Of a DNA stretch of 56,363 nt, positions 18,825 through 28,844 are shown in pieces (within the stretch, counting starts at the first letter, position 1; the number at the start of each line of letters is the position of its first letter). This DNA is from a virus. Lineage: Duplodnaviria > Caudoviricetes. The notes beneath the pieces were generated by a model. The model ran no database searches. It was not told the origin of the DNA and saw only the letters and a program-made list of their open reading frames with translations. The DNA is taken from the IMG/VR virus record IMGVR_UViG_3300030329_004250, positions 1 to 56,363 of that record; one strand, written 5' to 3'. The translations under genes were made by a program, and so were the position numbers.

Positions 18825-20444
18825 ATGGCTAGGGATCATCAAGAAAATACGGGCTTTTCAGATTCATTAGGTGAGCACGACTATTCTACAAAATTTGCAT
18901 TTATAGGTAGGTCGCAACCAAAATATGTAGAAGTATCAGGTATTTCAAGCGGTAATTTTCAAGCAATCGAAGTTGCCGCTATGTCTATCCCTGGAGCGGT
19001 TGCTGACTTATCGACAGATGCCGCAAATAAAGCACTCGCCGGTTTTGATACTATATTTTCGCCTTACACGAATGCGTCTGGTCATTCCGAACTTCCGCAT
19101 TTCGGAATTCCAACAAATCTTTCTGAGCCAAACGCTTTTACTTTAGATCCATTTAATCCCAATAACATTTTCAGTACCGGAAATTCTCAAGCTGCTAATA
19201 ATCAGATTTATCAAAATAGCGGTCATAATATACAGTTGGCAAACACTTGGACAACTGGTGATATCGGTGGAGCAACGAAAGGTGATGTATTTTTTGCTAA
19301 AGATATATACAATTATGGGGAATTTACATATGACGGAGTAAAATCGATTGGTCTTCGCGCCCCAATGGTTTTGACAGGTTGGGGTTTTGATATAGATGGT
19401 CAACCTGTTCCAGCAGATACTGGTGACTCAACTATATTTGCTCCTGATGCTTTTAGAAATCCTAATAATTGGAAAAGTGGTCCGCTGGATGTGAGATGGG
19501 ACGATGAAAGAAAGGTTTGGGCGGCTGGGACAAGCACCAAGATTTTTTTAACAAAAACTACAAATGTATACAATCCCCCATACTTCTCTTATGAGGTTGA
19601 TAGAAGCGATAGTAGATCACAATTTACAAGATTTGGTCCACCAACTTTAAAATCATTTAGTGCCACTGGAGACATTCATGATCCAGAATATCTTGCTTAT
19701 ACGGCAAATCCTGATAATGTTGGCGGTTATGAGCAATTAAATTATGCTGGCATAGAATATCCGCATTATGAAGCATTCATCATACGTGAGACTAAAGATG
19801 ATACAAGTAGTAGCTCATACTACAATATTTGGACAGACGATTGTAATGACTGTGGGCATATAACAAACAGTGGCTGTGGAACACAGCATGGTAGTCCTTC
19901 TAAAGATAAGAAGATAATAATTGAAAACCCGTTGCGGCAGAGCTTAGAAGTTGGCGATTTGGCTTTTACTGTAAAAACCGGAAAAAAACAAAAGGTCAAT
20001 ACCGGAACTTTCACTGGTGGAAGTGGCACTGGTGCATCAGGCAATATAGAAGTTGATGTAAGTGGCAATGCCACAACAAATATTACAGCGACTGGGACTG
20101 GTTACGGTTTGGGCGGCATAGGTCTAGCGAGTGGAATTTGTGTGAATATTAGTTTAGTTTTTGCAACCGCAGAAACTGGATTAAGTGTAATAAATGTATC
20201 ACCTTCCGGAGGACTTCGCCCCGGAACTTACAATTTGGATATAATACCTAATGACGCTATCGCAGATACAGAAGAGTTAGATATTCATTGGATTTTACAA
20301 GCAGAGTTTAAAAGTCAACAAATAGTTACTCATGTGGAGTGTGAGGGTGGATTGCTCCAAAGTTGCTCTATGAAGATACAAACCCAGGGTTTCAAAACTT
20401 GTGAATGGTGTGGTGAAGATACTACATTCATCAACGCATTCTAA
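18825..20444 (+). CDS. putative tail/baseplate protein
   Basis: 539 aa; GWGFDIDG...GPLDVRWD; Cys-containing C-terminus; shares a Gly/Thr module with the next gene. Confidence 0.55.
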   Translation: MARDHQENTGFSDSLGEHDYSTKFAFIGRSQPKYVEVSGISSGNFQAIEVAAMSIPGAVADLSTDAANKALAGFDTIFSPYTNASGHSELPHFGIPTNLSEPNAFTLDPFNPNNIFSTGNSQAANNQIYQNSGHNIQLANTWTTGDIGGATKGDVFFAKDIYNYGEFTYDGVKSIGLRAPMVLTGWGFDIDGQPVPADTGDSTIFAPDAFRNPNNWKSGPLDVRWDDERKVWAAGTSTKIFLTKTTNVYNPPYFSYEVDRSDSRSQFTRFGPPTLKSFSATGDIHDPEYLAYTANPDNVGGYEQLNYAGIEYPHYEAFIIRETKDDTSSSSYYNIWTDDCNDCGHITNSGCGTQHGSPSKDKKIIIENPLRQSLEVGDLAFTVKTGKKQKVNTGTFTGGSGTGASGNIEVDVSGNATTNITATGTGYGLGGIGLASGICVNISLVFATAETGLSVINVSPSGGLRPGTYNLDIIPNDAIADTEELDIHWILQAEFKSQQIVTHVECEGGLLQSCSMKIQTQGFKTCEWCGEDTTFINAF

Positions 20445-20457
20445 ATAGGATCTAAGG

Positions 20458-23400
20458 ATGGCTGTTTTTCAAGAAAAATGCTGGCCTTGTGGCAAACAAT
20501 GTATTAATGCAGAATTTTGCGGTATTGATGAAACATATCAATTACCAAGAAATATTAAAGTTAAAGTTATAGCTAATAGTGAATTTTGGGGTTCTAGCAT
20601 TAGTGGAACTGTTATTGAAGGTTATGCACACTTTGATAATAGTCATTATGATTTTTTTGATGGTTTTGATCAGCACCACAAAGCACTTGATTGTGGTAAG
20701 ACTACATCATCCAGAGATGAAAGTAGACCTGATATAAACTATAGATCAGTATATGATCCAGATAGTGTAACAGTTGTTCATTATGGTGCTGGTGGTTCAC
20801 AAGATGATATAGATCGAGGCGGCGCAGAAGTCTATCTGGTAGATAGAGTATCACAAAATGCAACTGATAGTCCGGCCTGTCCTACTACCGACCCAACAAA
20901 AGTCTTTAAATGGTTTCCTGAAAAATTTGGATTTGGGACTAAAATACATTTTCATAATAATATTTATAAAAATATTACAGGTGGTTGGAGATTAATCGAC
21001 CCAACAGGATGTTATACTGAATCTTTTACGACACCTCCTGGATCTGGTGGGTATCTACATCAGTGTACCGGAGTTGACAAGCAGAATATAAGAATTAGGG
21101 AGCATTCCGAAGGTACATATTTACAATATCATGAACCATCAAGAATAAGACCTATACAGTCCGGTATGACTTTTCATGACTGTTTTGCTGATGGTCAAGT
21201 TGCCCCAGAATATTCTGGTGAATTAACTCAGCTACTTAGGCATACTGGAGTTGCTGAATCTGGATTTATAATCGCCACATTAAATTATGACGGCGCAGCC
21301 GCTAGTGGTTTAAGAAACGCGATGGAGATTCTTGTTACAAATGATGTTGATACAACATATAATAAGGCATACAGAATATTTGATGTAACACATAGTGGCT
21401 CCAGTACAGATGTTAGCCTTGTCGGTACTTATGACACCGGAAACGCAGTAGATGTCAATACCACCGGTAGCGGAAATTGGATAGCATTTGGAACTCACGA
21501 TCCATTAAGATGTTGTGGTGGTTCTGCTTATGGAATTGATAATCTTTTAAAGCAGTCTGCCAACAAAACTAACTACCACACTGACTTTAGAAGGGTATTT
21601 AATGACGCCAAGAATCTGAGACAGTCAAATAGGATTTTAGAAAACAGAAAAAATCATGACATAAATGTTGTTTTCAGGGCAGATGAAACAGGTGTTAGAC
21701 CCGATAAAACGTACCCATCAACAAATGCAGACGGTAATCCAACCTTGGTATTTGATAGAGGACTACCATATTATGGACCATTTCATCAGGTAGATCAATA
21801 CGATGGTGCTACCAGATTTGACCAAGTTAAAAATGCTATTAAAGCAAGAAATGCAACTTGTTATAGCAAAAAGGCAACTCTTGAAGTTTTCCCCGACTGT
21901 CTTACGCAGTATGAAGAGTTCCTAAACTGTGAGGTTCAAACAGAATATAAAATAAACCGCTTACCAAGACTAGCTTTTGTTTACCGGGGATGTAACTATG
22001 ATGAATTTTGTTCATTCGATGAATCTGGTAGACCTTTAGGTGATTCAGGTATTTACGGTGGGTGGACAACTAGTGGTCCCGCAACATTAGAAGATATAAA
22101 AAGAGGTCTTCCCGGTCAAGAAATTACAATGTTTATCAATGTTGCTGACGCATGGGGCGGTGAATATAAAAGATGTCCCTGTGCTTGCGATGGGTCCGTC
22201 CCAGGAAACTTTCCTCCACAACATACACTTATTGAGTCGCCTATTACATTTCCCTGCTTCCCGGATTTTGATAAATACCCAGTTGCCAATGGGTGTAGAG
22301 AAAAAAGATTCCAATTTAACCAGTACGCTAGATATATTGAACAAGTCGCTGGATCAACTCTATCTAATGCAGCATGTGATGAATTACCAGGTGTAGATGC
22401 TGCTTGTAATGTAAGACAGCCATATACAACCTATGGTCACATTTCTCATTTATGTGGTTGGGAGTTTGGAAACGCAAAAACAACTTTAACAAATGCTTTT
22501 GCTAAAGAAAGACAAGACGGCACATATACACAAAGATCACCAGAATCTGGCAATGTTAATGAGCCGATGTACTGGGCTTTTGAGTGCCCAACACCCACAG
22601 AAAGTGGAATACCAGTTAATAGTGGGGTTTGGGCAAGTGGAACAGATGGTGATAATAAGATAACAAATGTAAGTGGAGAATTTTACCCCTATTGGGGACT
22701 AACAGACGGTGAAGGTAGACTAACGACACCGTATTATAATGTAACAACAGCCCCTAATTTAGGATGCTGTGATTCACCAATAACTTTCCTAGACTATGAC
22801 GATGTATATACTTTCTTTAATGGTTGGCCTACATCTGGTGTACCGTTCCTAATAGAATTAGAGACTGTTGACAATTGCGTAGGTTGTGCCACCACTGTGA
22901 TGGAAACTGGTAGCTTACATTTAAGTTTTCAAGGATTAAGTACTGCATATTTACACGATGTTCCTACTAATAATAATACTAACGCCTATGGGTTCAATCA
23001 TTGTAAATATGAACCTTTGGATATAGTTCTCAAAGATAGAACTAAATTAGAACCTAATTTTAATTGTACAAGTGGTTTTCCAGTTACTTATTGTGAATCC
23101 GTTGAGCCTGGTTCAGAGATTAAAAATGATAGGTACTGGATAAAGTATGGTCAACCTTATACAGGAAGTACTTGTGAGTGCATAGATGCTTTCGACACTT
23201 TAACGCTTAGTCCAGTTATCATTGATGGCAGCACTGATATTATTATAGGCTGGAGAACGGTTGGAAGCGGAAATGGATTTGTCCAATTAACAAGCTGTAA
23301 CAGCACAGATTCTAATTTTCTTGAAAGTGATACTGAAAATCTACCAGGTGCTGGATATACAACTTATGGTAAGTTTACTGTAGCCTGTGAAGAAAACATA

Positions 23401-26400
23401 GAATTTGTTGATCCGCCAACTTTTCCAAACGCATATTATGAGACATCTGCTGTTCATAACTTATATAGTTGTGGAGGATGCACTCACAAAGAACCAGCAC
23501 AAATAGCTGGTCAAGGAAACTTAACACTTAAATCTCAATTCTTTGTAATCTCTAATCTCCATAAGCATGTTTTTGAGGCTCTGCCTCAAGATTATTTTAA
23601 CCGTTTTTATGGAGATGTTGAGTTGGCTACACGAAATATTGATGATTTTATACCTTGGCCAGAATATAGTGGGGTACTGAAGAATTTGACTTTATGTTCT
23701 GGTGATAAAATACTGGAATATGGTTGCCTTTTAGGCAGTGAATTTTATGGCTGTGGCAGTGCTCATACTGCTTGTGCTGGAAATACACTGTGTAACACAT
23801 GTGATGAGTTTGGGGTATCCTGTCAGTGCGATTCGGGAATTTTTAATGATTATACTGATCCAGACACAAATTTTGTAACTAGAAGATATCCACCACAATT
23901 TGATTGGGCACAGGATCATGGACTGAATTCCTGTTTTTGTGATTGTAAAGATCCAACATTAATGAGAATATCGGCTGTTTCTGGTAATCATCCATCTGAA
24001 GTTCTTATTGAAGAATGGAGACATGCTGGGGCTTGTGACAATTCAGTAAATAAGTTTACACCTTGGTTTGCTATTAGTGGTGTGGGCGGCACTGTAAGCG
24101 AACCAATATGGAAAGGGCAAGCACCACCAGCACCGTTTCTTGGTAAAGGCTTTAATCCGACTTATTCTGAAGACTGGTTTAGTTTCTCTCACGGAGCGAA
24201 TAGGAGTGCAACGGGTATAGCCTACAGATTGGATGAGCCAGTTGCAGATAATTGTGGTAATTTAGATCCAGATAGTTGCGCTAGTGGAGATTGTATCGAT
24301 CAAAGAGCAAGAACTTCAACATGTTTAGATCCAATACAAAGTGTTACTGGTGTACCACAAGAATGGGCGTATGGTAATGCAAATGTCACGGTTAATAAAA
24401 GATACTGCTCCCCAGAAATAATGGTCGTTTCTAAAATTGAGTGCTTACCTGGAAATAGTGGTTATAATTTAACAGTTTCTAGAGAATATCATGAACATGA
24501 TAGAACATGGAGACAAGCGGGGTCAACGGACTGTGCCTGTGTAGAAAAATATGCTGGTGCATATAAATGTCCAAAATTAGTCCCAGTATCAAGTGGAACT
24601 GGAGCATCCGGTCAGTTTACAGTTGATGTTGGAGGAACGGGCCACTTTACAGTAACGAGTGCTGGTTCAGGTTATGTGTTCGGTGGTACGGCGGTAATTC
24701 CAACCTGTGTAAGTGGAACCACAACTTACCCATGTTGTACAGGTACACCAACTCCAGCTTTTTCTGCAACTTTTGGTGGGGCGAACAATTCATTAACCGG
24801 AGCGTCTATATCACCACCAACCGGATACTCACCAACTGGTCTAGTTTGCAATGTGTCTATTATTGCAGGTACTGGACCATCAGTTCTTGGTACAGGATGT
24901 ACTGTAATACCATATGCAGTTCCTACAGATTCTGTAACACCTGCCTATCAAGGTCCATGTAGTATACATCCGTCTTCTGGAACTTTTGTTAATCAAGATT
25001 TTAGAATACAATCAACCTGCGAAAGTGGTGATCCCGTATGGAATTATTACAACTTATTCTATAGTGGTGACTCAGTTGGAGTGCCACCAGTTGTGGGTGC
25101 CGCAAATACTTATGAATCTGGTTATTACTATGGGGGTATATTCATACAAACTGATCCAGACGCTCCCGGTGGTTGTGGGCCAAATTGCGATATAATAATA
25201 GATGCACCAGATTTAGATCCAGGCTACCCAAATACTATATTTGATCAAGCTTTATTTAACAGCCCACCTGGAAGATTTGGTATTGATGCAACAAATAGAA
25301 AACATAGTTGCATACAAGATATCACCCAATGTGGTGGTGAGCTATGGTGTAACAAATTATTTTTCCCAAGAAGATCTTATAAGAATGAAACAAAAGTCGC
25401 GCCATTTGGATCAAGCCAAATATGCACGCAAAATGCAGAATTTTTAAATAGAACAACGCTTGGTTATGGAAATATTACTGACGCCGACATTTTACAAGAA
25501 AGTACATTTTATAGATATATAGACCTTTGTGATCCAGATATTATAGCGACTACACAATCAGGGGTGGGAATTGATGATGTTGTTATTACAGTTGATGATT
25601 ATCTAAGGTTAATGGGTGTTGTTCATCCAGGTTGGAGATACAATCTTGATATGAAAAGTTGTACAATTGTTGAAAGTGGAGATTGTGGTGGAACATTGCC
25701 GCCAACACACTCTGATATGACAATTCACGCCGCCGTACATGAGCCAAAGACATGGACAACTGACGGATGGGAGTCTTTTGGTTATTACCTAGATAAAAAT
25801 GGCGTTTCTGATTCTAGTGGTAGTGGTATTGGAGCTTCTGGCTCTGATAATTGCTTGTTCGATCCGTTTAAAATTATGGTTGATGTAGAATGTTCTACAA
25901 ATCATATAAAAAGAAGGGGTATTGAGACCGACGATCCAACACTGCTAGATGCCATTATTGACATGCCTGCGGCAGCGTGTAAAGGTACTGTGCATCCCCC
26001 GCCATGTTCTTGTGTTGATAGTGAATGTAAATTTTGGAATCAACATCCTAATCAGCATTGTTTCAAATATTTTGCTATTAATGACATCTTTACAAAGATA
26101 GACGATGCTCTTATTTGTCCATGTGATCCAAATAGTTTAGCCAATGATAGGCTTACTCATGAATGTGAGGGTGAGCATTGTAATACTGGAGTTCACATTT
26201 GCAGTTCAGCAGCAGCAGGAAGTAGTCCTGCTATTTTCCCTGCCTTTTCTCAGTGGCTACAGAACAAATATGTTCTAGGAAACGCCAACGAATTCATCGA
26301 TAATATACCTCTTAATATTAATCCATTTACACCAATATTAGAATTTACAGGAATCGCCGCTAATGTTTCTGGGGTCAATTATACATATACTGGGTTATAT

Positions 26401-27570
26401 GACGCAGGACTATTAAGGAAAGCATGTGGCTGGGAAGATGAGATAACTTGTGAGGGTGGTGGTGACAGTGTCGGTGGTGGTGATGGTGGTGATTCAACCA
26501 CACATAGTGGTCACTACTCGTGTGCAGGTACTGATAATTGGGCAAATGTATATGTATGGTGTGATGACCCAGATATTATTGTGACTAGAACCGCCCCCAC
26601 TTCCGACGACACCGATGAATCTCAAGTCACAGGTTTTCAACTGCCAACTTGGGAATGCAGCGGAGATTTCGGAATCCGTTGGTTGACAGACTCTAGACGA
26701 ATTCCTGCGGTTAGTGGATGTTGTGATATTATAACTGATAACGATGGACTATGTGAAACGGATGTTTATGTATTAGGATACGATGGGGCCGATAATCCAC
26801 TGATGGATTGCAACTCAGACTTAGCAGATGATAATCCAGGTGGGATGGTTGTTCTTAGCAATTGGTCAGGTATACCTGAATTTAGTACTATGTGGGCAAG
26901 TGGTTGTGGCTGTGACAAGCCTATAGACGAAGCAGAGGACGAGTGTGGAACAGATTCAAAAGTCAGAATAACAATAACGCAAGACCCAATTTATGGTGAA
27001 GTAGTAAAACCTGACCCACCATTATCTCCATCAGATGTCTTGGCCATAGTCTTTATAGACGAATCTACAGATTACTCAGTTGATGTCGCAGGTGAAACGG
27101 AGTTCATAACAGATATTATAGCTTGGGAAAATCATATGACTGCCCAAGGTTTGGACTCATCCATATTGTTATTACAACCGGTGGCTCCGGGATTATACGA
27201 CTACAAAGATTTAATTCCTCCTAGTAGGCAAGCCCTATCTCCAAATACAGGCCGTGCATTCCCCGATTTCGTGCAGTATGGAGAGATTGGTCGAGGTACT
27301 GCATGTGAACTGGAGGATATCAGATCGCACTTCTTGGCTGCTGCACACACTACTGTGCCGAGAGCTTTAGGTATTTTCATTGATAGATCAGGTTCAATGA
27401 CCAGATCAACTGTGACACCATGTGTAGATGATTTTATAGCTTGGTATAAGCAATGGTCGCTAGAGCAAATAGGAACGGAAGGATGTGTAACAGAAGTACT
27501 GACAGATGATGAACGATGGATAAGTGAGGCTTTACGCGCACTTATACTGGCAGATGCTCAATGTCCGTAA
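20458..27570 (+). CDS. giant Cys-rich putative tail fibre/adhesin with C-terminal vWA-like domain
   Basis: 2370-aa uninterrupted ORF, about 100 Cys by hand count; IFIDRSGSM (DxSxS) near the C-terminus. Confidence 0.6.
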   Translation: MAVFQEKCWPCGKQCINAEFCGIDETYQLPRNIKVKVIANSEFWGSSISGTVIEGYAHFDNSHYDFFDGFDQHHKALDCGKTTSSRDESRPDINYRSVYDPDSVTVVHYGAGGSQDDIDRGGAEVYLVDRVSQNATDSPACPTTDPTKVFKWFPEKFGFGTKIHFHNNIYKNITGGWRLIDPTGCYTESFTTPPGSGGYLHQCTGVDKQNIRIREHSEGTYLQYHEPSRIRPIQSGMTFHDCFADGQVAPEYSGELTQLLRHTGVAESGFIIATLNYDGAAASGLRNAMEILVTNDVDTTYNKAYRIFDVTHSGSSTDVSLVGTYDTGNAVDVNTTGSGNWIAFGTHDPLRCCGGSAYGIDNLLKQSANKTNYHTDFRRVFNDAKNLRQSNRILENRKNHDINVVFRADETGVRPDKTYPSTNADGNPTLVFDRGLPYYGPFHQVDQYDGATRFDQVKNAIKARNATCYSKKATLEVFPDCLTQYEEFLNCEVQTEYKINRLPRLAFVYRGCNYDEFCSFDESGRPLGDSGIYGGWTTSGPATLEDIKRGLPGQEITMFINVADAWGGEYKRCPCACDGSVPGNFPPQHTLIESPITFPCFPDFDKYPVANGCREKRFQFNQYARYIEQVAGSTLSNAACDELPGVDAACNVRQPYTTYGHISHLCGWEFGNAKTTLTNAFAKERQDGTYTQRSPESGNVNEPMYWAFECPTPTESGIPVNSGVWASGTDGDNKITNVSGEFYPYWGLTDGEGRLTTPYYNVTTAPNLGCCDSPITFLDYDDVYTFFNGWPTSGVPFLIELETVDNCVGCATTVMETGSLHLSFQGLSTAYLHDVPTNNNTNAYGFNHCKYEPLDIVLKDRTKLEPNFNCTSGFPVTYCESVEPGSEIKNDRYWIKYGQPYTGSTCECIDAFDTLTLSPVIIDGSTDIIIGWRTVGSGNGFVQLTSCNSTDSNFLESDTENLPGAGYTTYGKFTVACEENIEFVDPPTFPNAYYETSAVHNLYSCGGCTHKEPAQIAGQGNLTLKSQFFVISNLHKHVFEALPQDYFNRFYGDVELATRNIDDFIPWPEYSGVLKNLTLCSGDKILEYGCLLGSEFYGCGSAHTACAGNTLCNTCDEFGVSCQCDSGIFNDYTDPDTNFVTRRYPPQFDWAQDHGLNSCFCDCKDPTLMRISAVSGNHPSEVLIEEWRHAGACDNSVNKFTPWFAISGVGGTVSEPIWKGQAPPAPFLGKGFNPTYSEDWFSFSHGANRSATGIAYRLDEPVADNCGNLDPDSCASGDCIDQRARTSTCLDPIQSVTGVPQEWAYGNANVTVNKRYCSPEIMVVSKIECLPGNSGYNLTVSREYHEHDRTWRQAGSTDCACVEKYAGAYKCPKLVPVSSGTGASGQFTVDVGGTGHFTVTSAGSGYVFGGTAVIPTCVSGTTTYPCCTGTPTPAFSATFGGANNSLTGASISPPTGYSPTGLVCNVSIIAGTGPSVLGTGCTVIPYAVPTDSVTPAYQGPCSIHPSSGTFVNQDFRIQSTCESGDPVWNYYNLFYSGDSVGVPPVVGAANTYESGYYYGGIFIQTDPDAPGGCGPNCDIIIDAPDLDPGYPNTIFDQALFNSPPGRFGIDATNRKHSCIQDITQCGGELWCNKLFFPRRSYKNETKVAPFGSSQICTQNAEFLNRTTLGYGNITDADILQESTFYRYIDLCDPDIIATTQSGVGIDDVVITVDDYLRLMGVVHPGWRYNLDMKSCTIVESGDCGGTLPPTHSDMTIHAAVHEPKTWTTDGWESFGYYLDKNGVSDSSGSGIGASGSDNCLFDPFKIMVDVECSTNHIKRRGIETDDPTLLDAIIDMPAAACKGTVHPPPCSCVDSECKFWNQHPNQHCFKYFAINDIFTKIDDALICPCDPNSLANDRLTHECEGEHCNTGVHICSSAAAGSSPAIFPAFSQWLQNKYVLGNANEFIDNIPLNINPFTPILEFTGIAANVSGVNYTYTGLYDAGLLRKACGWEDEITCEGGGDSVGGGDGGDSTTHSGHYSCAGTDNWANVYVWCDDPDIIVTRTAPTSDDTDESQVTGFQLPTWECSGDFGIRWLTDSRRIPAVSGCCDIITDNDGLCETDVYVLGYDGADNPLMDCNSDLADDNPGGMVVLSNWSGIPEFSTMWASGCGCDKPIDEAEDECGTDSKVRITITQDPIYGEVVKPDPPLSPSDVLAIVFIDESTDYSVDVAGETEFITDIIAWENHMTAQGLDSSILLLQPVAPGLYDYKDLIPPSRQALSPNTGRAFPDFVQYGEIGRGTACELEDIRSHFLAAAHTTVPRALGIFIDRSGSMTRSTVTPCVDDFIAWYKQWSLEQIGTEGCVTEVLTDDERWISEALRALILADAQCP

Positions 27571-27633
27571 TAGCCTGACTGTTAGCGATAAGAATATAAA
27601 GGACTGAAATTTAAATAATTTAGGATCTAATTA

Positions 27634-28140
27634 ATGCAAGATAATAAAAATAAAACGCGATGTGAGTGCCCATTGGCGGGATACTGTGAAAGGCACGGGG
27701 TAGACAAAAATTCTCACCTTCACACCATGTGCCAAAATCATATTGGTTATTTTAACATGTGGGAAAATTGTAGAGGTCCAGGACAAAACCCTCTATCATG
27801 CAAAAAGCCCACAGAAAGTGGGCAAGAAGCTACAAAAAGCGGGCAGGAAGAAGAATCTAGGTGTCAGTTCTGTGGCGACAGAAACTGTTCAGGTGAATGT
27901 AGAAATTCTCAACAGTTACCATCAAAAATACAGATGGCTAAAAATCTAGCAAGTGCGACTAAGGATCATGCTAAAGCAGGTTTTGCACAAGCCCAAGACG
28001 AATTACAAGCTGAACGCCTAGAGATATGTAAGGGGTGTGAATTTTATATTCCGGATCAGGATAGATGTGGAAAATGCGGATGCTTCCTAAAAAGCAAATC
28101 CGCATGGAAAAGTAGCAAATGCCCTATTGGGAAATGGTAA
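27634..28140 (+). CDS. Cys-rich protein with DUF6171-like C-terminal domain
   Basis: RLEICKGC...CGKCGCFL..K......CPIGKW pattern; 168 aa. Confidence 0.65.
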   Translation: MQDNKNKTRCECPLAGYCERHGVDKNSHLHTMCQNHIGYFNMWENCRGPGQNPLSCKKPTESGQEATKSGQEEESRCQFCGDRNCSGECRNSQQLPSKIQMAKNLASATKDHAKAGFAQAQDELQAERLEICKGCEFYIPDQDRCGKCGCFLKSKSAWKSSKCPIGKW

Positions 28141-28401
28141 TCACTCCTTGCAACACTTTTCCTTTTTACAAGTTTCTTCTTTTGGTATAAGTTCTTGATA
28201 CGTACCAATACCCAATAACATAGCTTCAAGGTAATCTCTATCCAGTGCTATGTAGTGAACATGGCCACCAACCTCATGTCTAATGATTGGTTTATCCCAG
28301 ATCATATTCTCGAACTGATCTTCTTCGACCTCTTGTTCAATAAGGTCAGAGAACATGACTTGGTTATCTTCGACTTTGAAAATTAATCTAAAGTATTTCA
28401 T
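28141..28401 (-). CDS. hypothetical protein
   Basis: 86 aa, AGGAG SD; stop codon abuts the stop of the convergent + gene. Confidence 0.7.
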   Translation of the reverse strand: MKYFRLIFKVEDNQVMFSDLIEQEVEEDQFENMIWDKPIIRHEVGGHVHYIALDRDYLEAMLLGIGTYQELIPKEETCKKEKCCKE

Positions 28402-28414
28402 TTTATCTCCTATT

Positions 28415-28445
28415 AAAAAAAGGGGCCGGGAATTCCCGACCCCCT
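28415..28445 (-). terminator. intrinsic terminator
   Basis: Minus strand GGGGTCGGG-AATT-CCCGGCCCC followed by T7. Confidence 0.85.
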
Positions 28446-28517
28446 AATCTACTACTAAGTGAAGATTTGAACCTGGATTGAACCAGATGATGCATTGAAC
28501 TTAGATGATGTAGACTA
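28445..28517 (-). repeat. structured non-coding element, copy 1 (core 28455-28504)
   Basis: Minus strand CTAAGT-TCAATGCATC-ATCTGG-[TTCAAT]-CCAGGT-TCAAATCTTC-ACTTAG; outer stem TAGTCTAC/GTAGATTA starts at the upstream stop codon. Confidence 0.8.
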
Positions 28518-28844
28518 TTCTTCTTTTTGAGTTTCCGGGTTCCACTTAACCCATCCACGGTCAGGTAGCCAATTGCCATCGGCATCTTTCCGCTTTGGAA
28601 ATAGCCCGCCACCCTTCTTGTGACAACCAAATGCTAGTTTAGCACCACAGTCTAGACAACGTACTTCATAGTATTCGTTATCCTCAACCTGACGCACCAC
28701 AAACTTGACATTTGTTGATCCACATTTTCCACAGGTTGTTTCGTCAAAAACTTCCTGAAAGGCCGCGAGTTGCCCAAATAGATCTCTCTGGGTTTCCCCT
28801 TCAAGTTCTACTGACATTTTACCTGTGTTGTAAGTAACTTTCAT
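28515..28844 (-). CDS. zinc-ribbon protein
   Basis: CGKC...CLDC pairs; 109 aa; coupled to the annealase gene. Confidence 0.7.
   Translation of the reverse strand: MKVTYNTGKMSVELEGETQRDLFGQLAAFQEVFDETTCGKCGSTNVKFVVRQVEDNEYYEVRCLDCGAKLAFGCHKKGGGLFPKRKDADGNWLPDRGWVKWNPETQKEE

Noticed and set aside
28403-28630. 75-aa minus-strand ORF
   Set aside because: Overlaps a better gene out of frame and runs through the hairpin element and terminator.
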